Shown piece after piece: positions 14,400 to 28,456 of a stretch of DNA of 64,000 bases. The notes beneath the pieces were generated by a model. The model was not told the origin of the DNA. It saw only the letters and a program-made list of their open reading frames with translations, and did no database searches. Within the stretch, counting starts at the first letter, position 1. The number at the start of each line of letters is the position of its first letter. A program made the position numbers and the translations under genes. Origin of the DNA: Epiperipatus broadwayi (taxonomy: Eukaryota > Animalia > Onychophora); NCBI GenBank assembly GCA_028023455.1, contig JAQFVV010000001.1, forward strand, positions 7,440,001 through 7,504,000, read 5' to 3'.

Positions 14400-16950
14400 A
14401 ATATAGTAGTTTTCTTTATGAGAGTCAAACTGTATTCTCTTACGATTATGTGTGGTTGTAAGTGACCCCGGTGTGATCAAGGTATGCAAAGATATTGCTG
14501 CCTTGGAGGTTGAGATGGAGCATAACTATCTCGTGATGATAATATTAAGAATCGAGGATGTATTGCCAGCTCCATTGATATTTACTCCGTTAGAGGTATA
14601 TTGTGGTAGTCAGAGTGAGTTGTGCATACCCATCTTAATATGCATAGTGACGAGGTCCTAACATATTTCATAGCTTTCAGTTAGAAGGTGCAATCCTGGG
14701 CCCATGCCACCACTAATTTGTTATTATATGAATTTTTCTTTATGGATGTATATTTTTAGCCATACTTGGTATGAAACTTTGTTAAAATTTCGTAATGGGT
14801 CATTGTTTAGATTTTGAGGATATCATCTACTTTAGGATACTTTAGATTTTAAAAGTATAGTTTATGGAATTGATGCATAATGTTTAGCTGAGCTTTGCTC
14901 GCAATTATTTAGAACCAATAATCCATCAAAATTTAAAGTTTATTATTGAGATTTTGGATAAGCAGGGCACATCATATCCAGCCCACAGCCAAAGCAAGTC
15001 ACTGCTAGACTGATAAATAGTTAAGCAATACTCATATTGGAGACATAGAAAGCATTAAAGGAGTATATGTGTATAAATATGACCTCTAAAATTGCCAATC
15101 ATTCTAGAATAGTTAAGAAAGTTAATATGCGATTAAGTAATAATTCATATAGGTATTTAGAAGCATTGGCATAAATTTAGGCATAATATTGATTTACTAA
15201 ATCTGTAGCCTTAAGGGGTATATTTATCTAATGAATTAAAGTTAACAAGTGAAATTTAATTATTAAGCACAGGTGTTATAGTAAGTGTTCTTGAAATTTA
15301 TCTCAAGAAAGTGCTATCGATCCAGCAAGAGATCGAAATATTTTATATTATTATTGTTACTTACGTTGTTCGAATACCAAAATAAAATAGATTTATAGCA
15401 AGAGGGGCATATGTGTAAAAGTGCTAAGCACAGAAAATGGATCATTTTTCATAGCAGCTGTATATCCCTTGTAAATATTTTTTTTTTATTGTTACTCAAT
15501 AGCTACGAAGATTTGCATTATATTGTTAACATTATTTCTCATTGATTCAATTAATAAACATTGTGTTAATTTAAAAATTTGGTGTTGTGTCTTAATGTTT
15601 TTGGTATCCATAACATTCAGAAATCTACTCATATGCAATTTTAATAAAAATATTTAATGCTTATTTCAGTACAGATACATTACGAAAATTTGGTTTTTAA
15701 ATTAATAATTTATTCTGAAAGTAAACAAATGCTTTTAAGAGACATTATTAATTTGTGTAAAATTTTTCACAATTATTATGGCAAACATTTGGAAGATTTA
15801 ATTTTAAGGTTCATTATCATTTCATAAATTTATTGGGCTATGGCGAATATCTTTAGTGGACATAAAATCCCTTTCCCATGTTGGATATTCAAATGTGGTC
15901 CCAGTCAATGATAAATTTAGTCAAAATTTTAAAGCAGTTAAAATATTTTATTATAATTCATTGTTTGGTAATTGATCAGATTTAATATTATTATTACTAC
16001 TATGGTTGATGAACAGTAGATATTAGCTGATGTAGATCTAGCGAATATTTACTTGAATTACAATCGCTGGGATAGCATTAATTAATAGACAATAAATTTA
16101 GAATCACTCACAAAAGCTTCACATTCAGAATTTGAATCCTGAGATTATAAGACTCTGAGACTAGAAGATTTTAGATTATAAAATTTTAGATTGTAAGATT
16201 TCATTTGTAAGATAACTTAGGAATTTGGTGATAACAAGATCAATTGAAATGAAATTATTAATTTGCGAATCTTGGAACATGAAAGATAACATTGAGGAGA
16301 TGGTAAAGTTTGATGGTACAGGTGTGAGCGAAGAAAACATAACGTTAACAATAGATTAATTATAACTTTGGTTGGGGATTTATGTGAGGGGATACAAAGG
16401 TTGTTAATATGATATGGGTGTGAGTTGAGATTTCTCTTCCTTCCTTAGTGTAGTAGCATTTATTACTGGTATAATTCTCGGTATTCTTTGCATAAATTGC
16501 CAAATCATTTTATTTGCTAGATCTGAAATTTAGCACAGCTAAAATTGGGGTATGTGGATCATTTGCAAGTATATGAATAGCAAGGTAGTCTGTTCTTTAG
16601 GGGGTTGCAATTTGGCTAGCTTGTCTTAAATTATATAATTTGTGAAGTGAATTAACCCCAAATATTCTAAGTAAAATTATTTTCAAATTTAATAAATTGC
16701 TTGCCTTGTGAATTCATAACTTGTAGATTTGTCACAATATAGAGTCGGTTTGGCAGCTGTTACTCCAAGGTTACAGTTTGATGCCCTGGCATATATAGGT
16801 TTTCTCCCTCTCGAGTTTTTCTCCATCTCTATCCAGCATGATTTCTTGCGAGGTTAGAATTTGGCATCTCTCGTTTTTCTAGTTAGAATAAATTTATTGA
16901 GTTTTATTCTTTTTCAAAATATTATCTTGATTAATTAAAAAGACAATGTG
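14400..16950 (-). mobile_element. 5'-truncated decayed non-LTR retrotransposon, I/Nimb/Ingi group (RT thumb plus RNase H)
   Basis: Minus-strand translation gives K..CQIL..IMLDGEKLEREKTY..GIKL..W..., FGVNSLHKLY...RTDY (post-RT region), YPTW (PPW-like), then RNase H motifs IY(TD)GSK..NGAG, CSI.T...AAI.L and I.FDS near 14420-14600. Confidence 0.7.
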
Positions 16951-17037
16951 ACTGATTTCATAAAACAATTTTTAAGTATTTTAAAGCTAACTTTGAATTG
17001 AATGATATGATCAACATTTTTATAGGTATTTTTTTCG

Positions 17038-17217
17038 ATTTTGTCAATATAAATGGCGAATTTTCTTTAAATTTAACTATTTTATTACTAATGAAATTAT
17101 CTGATTTCAAATCACATTGTTAAATAGAGACAAAACCATGTGATTTGAAATCAAATAATTTCATTAGTAATAAAATAGTTAAATTTAAAGAAAATTCGCC
17201 ATTTATATTGACAAAAT
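17038..17217. repeat. Near-perfect inverted repeat, 80-bp arms, 20-nt spacer
   Basis: 17038-17117 is the reverse complement of 17138-17217 with one mismatch. Confidence 0.95.
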
Positions 17218-20200
17218 AAGTCATTTAATTGCTTCATTATTACCATATTTAAAATATGATTTTTTTTACCCCTGAAAGACAGAAAACATAATTAATAAAA
17301 AAGATTATTAATAATAATGACCACCTAAAAATTTAGAACACTTCTTTTCTAAAAAAAAATGGAATTAAATTTAATATACTAGAATAACCAAATTACAGAA
17401 TAAATTTACATATTGAAATACCAACCTCAACATACTTTCTACCTTTAATTAAATGAAAAGTTAAAATTTAAATTAAATGATGCTAATTTTGTAAATTTAA
17501 ATAAAGACTCAATTGTTAACTTATATTTGTGCAATTTATCGATAGTATACAACTTAACTTACCAATGGATCTCAAAAGGAGGGCAAAATATATCTATTTC
17601 ATATATTCCATAGTACTTCTACCCTTTATCATTTTTAAAATCTAATAATATGACCTTAAATACAAGAGACTTTTTAAAAAAATAAATACTGATATTTTAT
17701 TCTTATTTAATATAATAAATAAATTAGTCATTGCTTTACATAAGCTTATTATATGTTCATTTATGTTATTAATATCTATATATATAATATTACTTGAAGA
17801 TTTGCTTTTTAAAATTCATTTTTTTAATGCATTAAAATAAAATGTATCATAACTTTTATTTTTGTATAATTTAAAATTTTAATGTAACTAAATTAAGAAT
17901 GATTATTTACAATTGATATGGCCTTACTTATTTTAATATAAGTAAATTAAACAAGGTTTATTGCAAATACATATCAAATAAATATTTAATACACAGTATT
18001 TAAATTAAATCCATTTTTTATTATAAGATACATTTAAATAGCATTAGTAAATATTTTTCTAATATTTATAAAATTGTAATACAATTTATAATATGTGAGA
18101 AAATGAGAATGTTAATAATAAAATTTAATTTATAAAATATGCTTGGAACTAGTAAATATTTTTATGAAGAATAAATAAATCATTAAATTATTTTTCTTGA
18201 CTTCTATAATAATTTATAATATAGATATTAATTTTTTTTTTAATTATTTTATTATGATATTTAGCGAGGACAATAGAAAATATCTGTAATGTCTATATCA
18301 CATATGATATAATTTTTTTTAGTATAAACGTATTTCTTTGTGCTCAAGAGTTAGTTTATTATGTACCCATAAATATAAAAAATGCAGACCACCATACATA
18401 TCTTTTTTTTTTTAATGTCAGGGTTATATGGTATTAGTGAATTACTAAAAATAGTTTATGTATTTATTTTATTATTTAGATTTATATCAGTATCTTTTTA
18501 TTCCAATATATTACTAAGTTCTTGTAATCGAACATAGAAATTTACTAGATATTAAGGAAGTTATTATTATTTTTAAATATATAATATTCACTATGTCATA
18601 TCTAAATGTATTTGTATTATATAATAAAAAAATAGGAGTTAACTTTAACAAAATCTTAAGTTTCAACATTATTTAAAACTAAAGTCTATGAACAAATTAA
18701 TGTATATTTTTGTATTTGTTTATTTTACAAAACAATATTTTAGTGAAATATTTGTATAAGATTAATTTATTTATTTATACTAATCAAAGAAATAATGAAA
18801 TAAATAACAAATCAGTATTTATGTTTATTTTTATATATATAGTGGACTCTGTTTCTTTTCTGATGAAAAATATACAATTCAATTTATTCCAACAGGGCAA
18901 TCATTTTAACTTAAAACTATTTTAAATATTTGTAACTCACATAAATATATCAAATCATAAATACTACATGCATAAATTCAATTTTAATCTGATGAAGTTA
19001 ATCCTCATTGTTTAATTTTTTTTTGATTACTGTTGTTAATAAATTATTTTGTTAGTTTGAAACTTTTGTGTTGGTTTTCATTTGCTAGTATCACATCAGG
19101 TTTATGATTTGAAAAAATTTAAAGGAATTTTTCATTTATATAATATAATCATTATACATCAGGAGATGGACTATTTTATTAATTTAGTTTTAAAAAATCA
19201 TTCTATCGATAGCAATCGAAGTTAATGGACATAAACTCACTGCCTTCTGATTTATCTAATTTTAAAAAAAATATCCTATATAGATCATGCATTCCCTGAT
19301 TTAACCTAGATCAAATCAGAAACTTATGAACAATATAATTCTTTATTTATAATTTGATAAGATAATTAATCAAAATACTTTTGATATTTTGTGAATAGTT
19401 ATTATTATCAAAAGTTTACATAATGAATTTAATTATCCTTCCTCATATGATCGAAACAATTATAAATAAACATATCCACATTGTTACAACATATGCATGC
19501 TAAATTTTGTCAAAATAATGACTGGCAGTGGCAAACTACTACTGATGATTATTATGTTTTATGAAAATTACTTGGTTATTCCAATAATTTTCATTGAAAA
19601 AAATTATGTACCTGTAATTATTAATAATTTGTCTTTTTTAAATAAATAAAATTAATTTTATTATTTAAAGGAAAGATTAATTTTCAACATTTCTAATATA
19701 GTTTTGTGCATTAATATAAATATTGCTTAAATGTAAAAAAAAATTTCAAAATGTTTATTACTTAAATATTTAAATGCATTTTTGATATAATATATCTTCT
19801 CCAAAAATTTAAAGATTTAAGAAATAAATATTTTTTAAATTATTGCTCCATGCAAAAAGCATTTATATTAATGCAAAAAAATTATTACCATATAGTTATA
19901 AAGTTTAATTTATTTAACATTGTGCAGTACTAAATTATAAAATGAAGTTATATTTTATTGAATATTTTAAAAAATACTTATATTATTGAATATTTAGTGG
20001 CTTTATTTTTTAATTATTTTAACAGCACATAATAAATTGATTATATACCACATATATAAAATGTTAAAATATTTATATATACATCATATGATAAAGTAAC
20101 AAAATCTTTCACATGTAGTTAAGGTAGAAATTAATAAAAAAAATATTTACAATTATTATTACAGCATTACAAAACTATTTACAGTAAGTCTATATTTCAA

Positions 20201-20689
20201 ATCTTCAAACATTTCCTCCTAAAATGAAAAAAAAGTTTTATAAGAAAACATGATAATATTAAAAGCATTTGATAAAAATATTTCAAAACCTATATAATTT
20301 AATACATTATATTATAAAATATTTAAAATGAATAACAAGTATTAATTTAAACTAACTATAATACTCTAATAAAATTAAAGCTATGAAAATTGTAACTTAA
20401 TTTTTGGAATAAAAATGCACTTGTATAATATTAGCATTTCAACTTTATAAGTACATTGAAAAAGCTAATAGTAATCTTTGTGATAATTTTATTAATATTT
20501 CAGTATTTATATGCAATGAAATTACATAAAATTTAAACAGTGTTTAACAGAATACTAAATTATGTTTCATGAAGAAAAGCCTCCAGTTCTCCAAGAAATG
20601 GCTGTTAGGGAGGATTTTGCCTTTGACTAATTAAGACTGGCTTATAGAATTCAATATATATAAATAAAAGTTATTAGAATTTGTAGCAT

Positions 20690-20950
20690 TATCGTTTTGG
20701 GAAAATGTCTATTGTATAAAAACAATATTTGCATCAAGAGTGAAGCTGGTCATAAGAAATGCCCAAATAATCCGAATCTAGCATGCATCTATATTAATGA
20801 CTGGAATAAGAGAATATCATTATATGACTGGCTAAAGCAATATAGTTTTACAATTATACTTTTGCAATTGGGAAAAGGCAGTTTAGATAATAGGCTTCTT
20901 TTGCTGATCAGACATAAATCTGGTATTTAGGAAAAGTGTTAACATATGAC
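20690..20950 (+). mobile_element. LINE reverse transcriptase fragment, decayed
   Basis: ...IYINDW... followed by a frameshifted FAD(D)-like motif. Confidence 0.3.
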
Positions 20951-22159
20951 ATACTTCTGACTGTTCAATGTTCTAACTTTTACTCATTGATACTACTACT
21001 TGAGCATTATAGCATTCACACAAAAAATCAGTCACTTTAAATGCCAGCTTGATCATAATATTTTGTGGAAAAAACTCATAATGGATGATTTTTTTCTAAG
21101 CTGAAGAATCTTCGTTTCATCATTTAGATTAGTAGCAAAAATAATTAAGAATGATTCTGTAAATTTTTTGTAATGTGTTTTCTTCTAATAGACTTTTCAT
21201 TTATTATAATAAACTATTGTTATAACAAAAATTTTATGTATTATCTAAAATACATAATTAATGAATTAATTAGAAGATTATGAATTATTTTCACATGTTT
21301 ATTAAAGACATTAAAGTTATTGAAAAATGACATTTAGTTAAGTTGTAATGTTATGCTTTACATTATTTTGTTTACAATATCATGTTTAAAATAAAAATAA
21401 ATTTCCATTTCTGTGCTCATTAATTAAAATAAGTAAATAAAGTTCATTGTCAGATACAATATAAAAAAAATACCCAATAGCAGATATCTATATTTTTCTT
21501 CTCACTATCATCCTGAACAATTATTTTCTGTAACTAAAATCCTTTTAGATAGAACTAAAAAACTTTCTGATCACAGCTGGTTCCATAAAAAGCTTAGTCT
21601 TACTACAATTTGTTCTTTAGCAATGATTTATAGCTACAATATTATTAAATTAGCTATTTCATGCAACAAGATAAGTTTTGTGATAATTCAAAAATTAAAA
21701 TAATGATTCCATACATATATCTACGTAATATATATAATTTTTTTTAATAAAAATACCATGGAAAATTTCATGGTTTTGATTAAATTCTCTGTCAGATTTG
21801 CTGTTAATTATACAATGGACAAAACAATCATAGAATTACTATTAAAAGTTGAGAATATTTCATTGAAGTTGAGAAGAGTTCTAATGCATTAGTTATTTGT
21901 TTGAAATTAAATTCAATGAAACACATTCTGAATAATAAAACCAGAGAATATTGCTAAGAGAAGATTTTAAAGAGCTAGTAACAAGAACAGTGGGCAAAAT
22001 ATTAGAGGAAAAAACAACTTAAAAACATATCAATTAAAATAACATACACATTCTTACATATATATATATAAAATTTTTAATAATTTTTTTTAATTTTACA
22101 ATTTTCACAGGAATACACCCATGTATTTACACAGCAATCAGCTTCAAAATATATAATAA

Positions 22160-22280
22160 AAAAATAAGTCAGAGAAGTGTTTTCTTCAAAAGGATTTAAG
22201 AGATTTGCTAATGTGGTGTGAAAAAGAGATTAGGAATTGAATAAAATGGATTAAACTTGGAGAGCTCTTCATCCTACAAT
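22160..22280 (+). mobile_element. LINE (L2/CR1/Jockey-like) RT fragment
   Basis: LQKDL.DLLMWCEK matches the LQxDLxxLxxWxxxW motif that follows YADD. Confidence 0.35.
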
Positions 22281-23168
22281 GGATCAATAATGATTGAAAA
22301 CAATGATGATAAAATAATGCATATAGCAATTTAAATAAATAACAGAACCACAAACTCACCAACAATATTAAAACTAAAATTAACAGTATTTTAATATATT
22401 TTTGTACAAATGCAAACATCAGTAATCAAATTATAAAAATAATGAACATAAGCCAGCATTATCTAGATTTCAACATTAGTTAACTACAAACAATCTCAAT
22501 ATAATGCTTTCATTTATACAATTTAACTAATAGATATTTCATTTGAATGTGATTTTATTAAAAAACTGTTTCAATCTTAAATAATTAATTCATTATACTA
22601 AATCCAGTCTAAAAGGTAAGAGTATTTATAATTCAATTTTATTAACCAATTAATTTTGAAATATAATAATTTAATGTGTAAAATGAAATAACACAATAGC
22701 TATAAAAATAATGAAGAATAGTATACTCATTAGTATAGAATTAAAATCAAGACTATTTTAATTTAAAATTTCTGTACAAACACAAAAAATGACATTATAG
22801 ATATGATTAGTAATGGGTATTAATAGATAATATGAAGTTGTCTGATCTAGGTTCATTAGTTTTTACAATCTGATTGCAGTTTGCATTTGTTCAAAAATAT
22901 AAAATTAAACTGGCATATATAAAATGGAGATTCTTAGCTTAGTAGGAGATATGACTATTATGACCACGAGGTAGGGTTTAAAATTAAAATTTCTGCAAGT
23001 TCCAAATAAATTTTGAAGTTTTCTTTTGATTAATTGTTTCATAACTAACTAGCTATTCATTCATCATAGTTTAGTAAATAATATTTATCTATTCTTACCT
23101 AGAGAGCAAATCTAACAACATAAGCCATAAATCCTCACCACTATCACTTTATATTTATTACCCTAGAT

Positions 23169-25240
23169 CAGTGGTCTTCAACCCCTGGTCCGTGGACTGA
23201 CACCAAGCCGTGCTAGACTGACAAGAAACTTTGTAATAACAAAATAATATTTTAAACTTTTAATTAATATAAACAAATTTTATTTATTTTTTCATCGCAT
23301 TTTTACCTGATTAAAAAAAAAGAAACAGAACGAAAACAAAATCTAATCAATCATACATAAATTAATTTGTTCTTCTATTTAACACAGATGTTTATGGAGG
23401 GGGGGGGGGAATTAAATTTTTTATTATTTTTCTAAAAAAATTCAAAATTTAAAAAAAAAAAGTTTTTTATTATACAAACTCCGATTGTCTTTTGATAGCC
23501 AATCACGGCAGCTTGTCGGCGTTATTTACGTGTTAAAACAATAAAATGTAACGTTACTGGGTCGCGATTTTAAAAATACGGTGACTTTTTTTGATCTCTT
23601 AAATTTTTTCTACTCAGTCTTTTAATATTTCATTTTTAGTGGTTTTTTTTTTTTTGGTTATACGGAGATTTTTTTTTTGGCTTTAACTTTTATTTTTGAA
23701 ATTAATTTTTATTACCTTTTTTTAAAAACCAAAAAAAAACTTCTCTTTCTAACTTTTACAAAGTATTTCTCAATACATCCCCCCCCCCCCCAAATAAAAT
23801 AAGATCAAAACTTTTGACTTTTTCAAGTTTTGTTTTCTTTTTTTTTGTTTGTTTAAAAATACGCCCACTTTTTTTTTGACCTATAAGGCGATATCTTTTT
23901 TGCCTTTTTTTGTATACCGCTGATATACTAAAACTTTTATTTTTAAAACCAATTTTTATTACCTTTTTTTTTTAAAAATAAAAATAAACCAAAAATAACT
24001 TTTGTCTCTATCTTGTCTCAGTGAAGACAAAGTATTTCTCAACTCACTCCCTCCACAAAAATTAAAATAAAATCTTTTTTTGGCTTTAACTTTTATTTTT
24101 GAAATCAATTTTTATTACCTTTTTTAAAAGAGAAAAGCAATCAAAAAATTTGTCTCTAATTTTTACAAAATATTTCTCAATCCACCACTTCGACTCCCAA
24201 ATTAAAATAAGATCAAAACTTTTGACTTTTTCAAGATTCGTTTTCTTTTTTTTTTTTGTTTAAAAATACGTCCACTTTTTTTTGGCCTATAAGGCGATAT
24301 TTTTTTTGGCTTTATTTGTATACCACTAATATACTAAAACTTTTATTTTTAAAACCAATTTCTGTTACCTTTTTTTAAAAATAAAAACAAACAAAAAATA
24401 ACTTTGGACTCTATCTTTTGTCTCAGTGAAGACAAAGTATTTCTCAACCCACTCTCCCCAAAAAAAATTAAAATAAGATCAAAACTTTTGACATTTTCAA
24501 CTTTCGTTGTCTTTTTTTTAAAAAGAAGGCGACTATATGGCGAGTTTTTTTTGGCTTTATTTCTATTACATGATGTCTATTTTGCCATTTTTTAAAAAAA
24601 ACTTTTCCTATTAATTACAATTTTTGATCCTTTCAAGATACCAGCACACAAAAAAATTACAATAACATCAAAACTTCAGACTTTTACACGTTTCATTTTA
24701 TTTTTTCAGTTTTAAAATACGGTGATTTTTTTTTTTGGCTGTACGGTGATTTTAATTAAACAATTTCTATTTTGCCCTTACTACTATCAAAAGACAATCT
24801 CCATATATATATAACTTCATTTTGTATATTTAACATTAAATACAGATATTATATTTATCATAATCATTGTTATGTAATTACAGTAGCTGTGATATTTCCC
24901 AACCTTCAGATGAATAACATTTTATTTTTGCATGTTTTAACAATGAAATAATAAAACATAGAAATGCAAGCACATTAATGAGAACGATTGTTATTGTACT
25001 GTTTTCTGTAGCAGTATGATTGCGCAACTCGAGAAAAAGTGTTCAGCATGTGAAGGTAATCAAACACCATTACAATACATAATAACTAGTGTGCTGTTTT
25101 GGTCAGTTATAACAATTATGCTCATCTAAGGTTAAGCAGGATATATCTTTAAGAAAACTTATCTGTAAACTTCTGCCGGTCTGCGAAATCTTATCCTTAT
25201 TTTTGCTGGTCCACAGGTGTGAAAATGTTGAAGACCACTG
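23169..25240. mobile_element. Non-autonomous hAT (Charlie-like) DNA transposon with nested repeat
   Basis: Perfect 14-bp TIRs CAGTGGTCTTCAAC (23169-23182) and GTTGAAGACCACTG (25227-25240); identical 8-bp TSD CCCTAGAT at 23161-23168 and 25241-25248. Confidence 0.92.
23483..24799. repeat. Nested element with 16-bp inverted ends and internal higher-order tandem repeats
   Basis: GATTGTCTTTTGATAG (23483-23498) and CTATCAAAAGACAATC (24784-24799), with TCC flanking both sides. Internal unit of about 410 bp repeated twice plus subrepeats (AAAATAAGATCAAAACTTTTGAC at ~23797, 24205, 24472, degenerate at ~24660). Confidence 0.75.
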
Positions 25241-26149
25241 CCCTAGATAATAGTTTTTCTATTAATATTTCCCTGTAAAAGACTTGTCTCAGCTTTGCTT
25301 TCATAAAGATTTGGTATCGCCCTATAAATTTTTTTTTTTTTAATCAAAAATATTAATTACTAATGGTTGACTATTAAGCATTTTAATAAATATACTTGCT
25401 CCAAGTTACTCTTCAATTATGTAACATTTAACGATTTTAATATTGGATAGTTAGTTAGAGTAGTTATAGGTCAATTAACTAAAACTTTAGCTGTACTTCA
25501 AATTTGAACCACAGATCTTAGAAATAGTATAAACACAGTGGTATGTAGTTTTTTATTCTTGTAACCTGTGAGCCCCTTCCTCGAATGAAAATATGACTCG
25601 ATACTCGCTTGTGACTCCTTCCAATAGATGAAAATTTGACACGATCCATTCTTTACTTTTATCATGCCTAAGTTATAAGTTCAAGTATGTAAAAATATTC
25701 ATAATAAAATGATAGTAGTTTTAATTAATATAATATATAAATTTACATTTTCTAATATTTTAGTATTAAGTACATATGAATTGAAAAGAAATTTTAGAAA
25801 AAAATCGTATACTTACAAAAAAAAAAATAATGATATATACAAAAACAATTTATTTTCATGTGACTTTTATCTATTTTAAAAAATTGAATTTTTCCAAAAA
25901 AAAAAAAAAAATCACAAAAACTTATCATTATCCAAAACTTAAGAAAGTTTCTTAAAAATTTCGTGACCCTTAATAATTTTTCTGCGACCCATAGGTTGCG
26001 CATTGGTGGTATAACACTAGTACATGAGAGTCTTTCTATTTGAAAAATATATATCAAAATAAACCATTTTAATATAAAAAAATGAGTAATTTATAAACAT
26101 GTTTATAATAAACTTAAAAATGTATTTTTTTTTTTAAAATTAAATTTTT

Positions 26150-26850
26150 TTTATTTTATATAATCTTCATATTATCATCTAATATTTTCACAAAATCATT
26201 TTATTTTTAATCATTTTCATTTTTCAATTTTTGACTTGTTAGATATGCTTAACATATACATTTTAAAATATCTTTTCATATTGTCTACAACTTGATTCAA
26301 TTTTCTACTCCCTCATTTTTTTGCTTTAACATTTTTTCTTCAAAAATGTTTTACAATTTTTTGAACTAAAAAAAACAGCAACTTACTTTTTCTTTCAAAT
26401 ATATATTTCTTAAAAACAATAACTTCCTCAAATCATTGCTCATATTGCATGTATTTAACTTGATAATTTATATTATTTTATTTTCTTCTTTTTCCAAAAT
26501 TTCATTATTATCACTTAACTAGTAACTTTTTATTTATTTATTTATTTCTTATATTCTTTCTACCAATGTTCTGTTAAGTTTTATTAATATTATCAGTTAT
26601 CTGCTAAAAGAAATCTCAAATTACATTCTCCAAGCCCCATCTCTTTGTTCTACACTTTATATACACAGCTAGCTGCTTCCTTAAGAACATCAATCAACTT
26701 CTGCTTTTCTTTCACATTTCACTGTTGTTTCAATCATATACTTCATAATTTTATCCTCTTAATTATCATTTTCTTCTGAATCCCTATTTTCTTTAAAGAA
26801 TCACAGAATATTTTCTATCTATATGGTGATAAAGACATATTTAGATATTA
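26150..26850 (-). mobile_element. Decayed LINE-like coding relic
   Basis: TC-rich plus strand as in the RTE-X relic; broken minus-strand frames ending in NLRFLLAD (FADD-like). Confidence 0.3.
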
Positions 26851-28176
26851 CACCTGCTATATTTTGTAAAAGATATATTCGCTTTTAGTAATCCGAGAGC
26901 TATAAATTATAAAGCTAAGTTTTACTTCAGACAAAAAATAGTAATAAAATATAAATACATATCTAGTTTAAAAAGCAATAAAAAAATCGCTAATAATTAA
27001 TGGAAACATAAATAGATATGTAAGTTTTAAAAAAAGTAATGAAAAATAAATTCTTGTAAAATAAAGGAATCTTTATTTTGATAATTTTAGTTTAAGTCTA
27101 ATTCAATGAAGAAAGATTGGTTTCCAGATAAATTAGATTTAAACAGATAAAGATTGTAAGTTAAAAGCATTCTATAAAAGATTGTCAAAAGATAATGCAA
27201 ATGATTATTTTCAAAGCTGGATATAACTCATGGATTTAAAATACCCAAAAAACTGTGTATTGTTAAAATCAAACCTTAAACTATTTTAGGAGAAAACAAA
27301 TGGAATAAATATTTGAAGCTAATTATTGAGGAATGCGAATGGATGTAATTAAAAGCCAGATTCTAATCATCATTGTAAAGATGCATTAGTCAAATGGATT
27401 TACAGTTACATTGGAATTTTTAAATGATATCAAGCAAGGAGAAAACAGTATAAATAGTGTGTGCAAAAAAGAGCAGGGTCGTCAGCTTTTTTCCACTCAT
27501 TGCATGCTGTTGTTGTTGTTGTCATAAGACCTTTGAGAAAAGGTGAGAGAAAAATGCCCTAGACTTTTCTGTAAAGGTGGAAGTGTCTTAGAGCCCATGC
27601 TTCTGAAAATGAAAGAAAGCCGGCTAGGGAAAATGTTTATAGACCTCACCGATCTTTTATTATTTATGTACACCTGAGAAGGCCCAATTAGGATTGTGTT
27701 TTAAGTACTGCGAGTATAAATTTAAAATGATAGTCTTGTGATTATGAAATGTATTGTAATTCTATATAGATTTTAGAAATTACTGAAACATCTAGAAATT
27801 CACGATTGCTAAAATCTTAGAGAAATTGATATTGTTAAAACAAAAGTAATTATAAAGAGTTCAATGAAAAAAAAAAAAAAACAGAAGTAAATCATTTAGG
27901 AGCTTAAAGATAAATATATAAGTATTTATAAAGATAGATTGGACTGAGACCTATCCATAGACAATGATTAATAATTCCAAATATTAAATATTAAAAAAAA
28001 AATTAGTGGTATTTTAACATTTATTTTAAAGTGGATAATAATTAAAAAAAAAAAAAAAACTGTTTTATTTTAACATCTAAAATCAATGTTAAATACATAT
28101 ATCTTAATTTGAACATTTTAACAATGACACTAAATCTAAAAATTTAATATATGCACATAAAAACTAAAGTTACCAT

Positions 28177-28323
28177 TTACAGAGGTTCAGTATTTTCCTT
28201 ATCATGCTTAAATGCTTTGGCTGGATCAAATCTTTTAATACCTAAACAAGCTTTGAGGTTATCGTCAAGTTTCTGAATTGTACGCTTATCTTTCATAGTT
28301 TGTGTCCGTAATTTTGAGAGTTC
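28177..28323 (-). CDS. HMMR: HMMR/RHAMM last coding exon (ELSKLRTQ...LGIKRFDPAKAFKHDKENTEPL*)
   Basis: AG acceptor at 28325/28324, phase 0. LGIKRFDPAKAF matches the vertebrate HMMR C-terminus LGIKHFDPSKAF; in-frame TAA at 28179-28177. Confidence 0.9.
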   Translation of the reverse strand, partial: ELSKLRTQTMKDKRTIQKLDDNLKACLGIKRFDPAKAFKHDKENTEPL

Positions 28324-28456
28324 CTAAAATTAAAAACAAGTTATTAAAAAAAAAAAACCACAATTAAAATGTCAATGTTATAATATGCATAGGACAGATT
28401 TTTTTGTAGAGTATTTAAAAATTAATACAAAAGTATTATTAAAAGAAAAATCATAC

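Noticed and set aside
14420-15050. Apparent rhabdovirus glycoprotein or L-protein similarity (WWHGP, SSSDL, GAGN), suggesting an endogenous viral element
   Set aside because: Motif spacing is wrong, and the region is better explained as non-LTR RNase H (IYTDGSK..GAG) colinear with an upstream RT thumb.
25548-26015. Possible second hAT MITE (CAGTGGT start, GTGACCC/GCGACCC subterminal motifs)
   Set aside because: Right TIR and TSD are not recognisable; too degraded to call.
27545-27640. GAAAGCCGGCTAGGG with a palindromic stem-III-like core
   Set aside because: No CUGANGA and no stem II in the correct position; at most a very decayed hammerhead.
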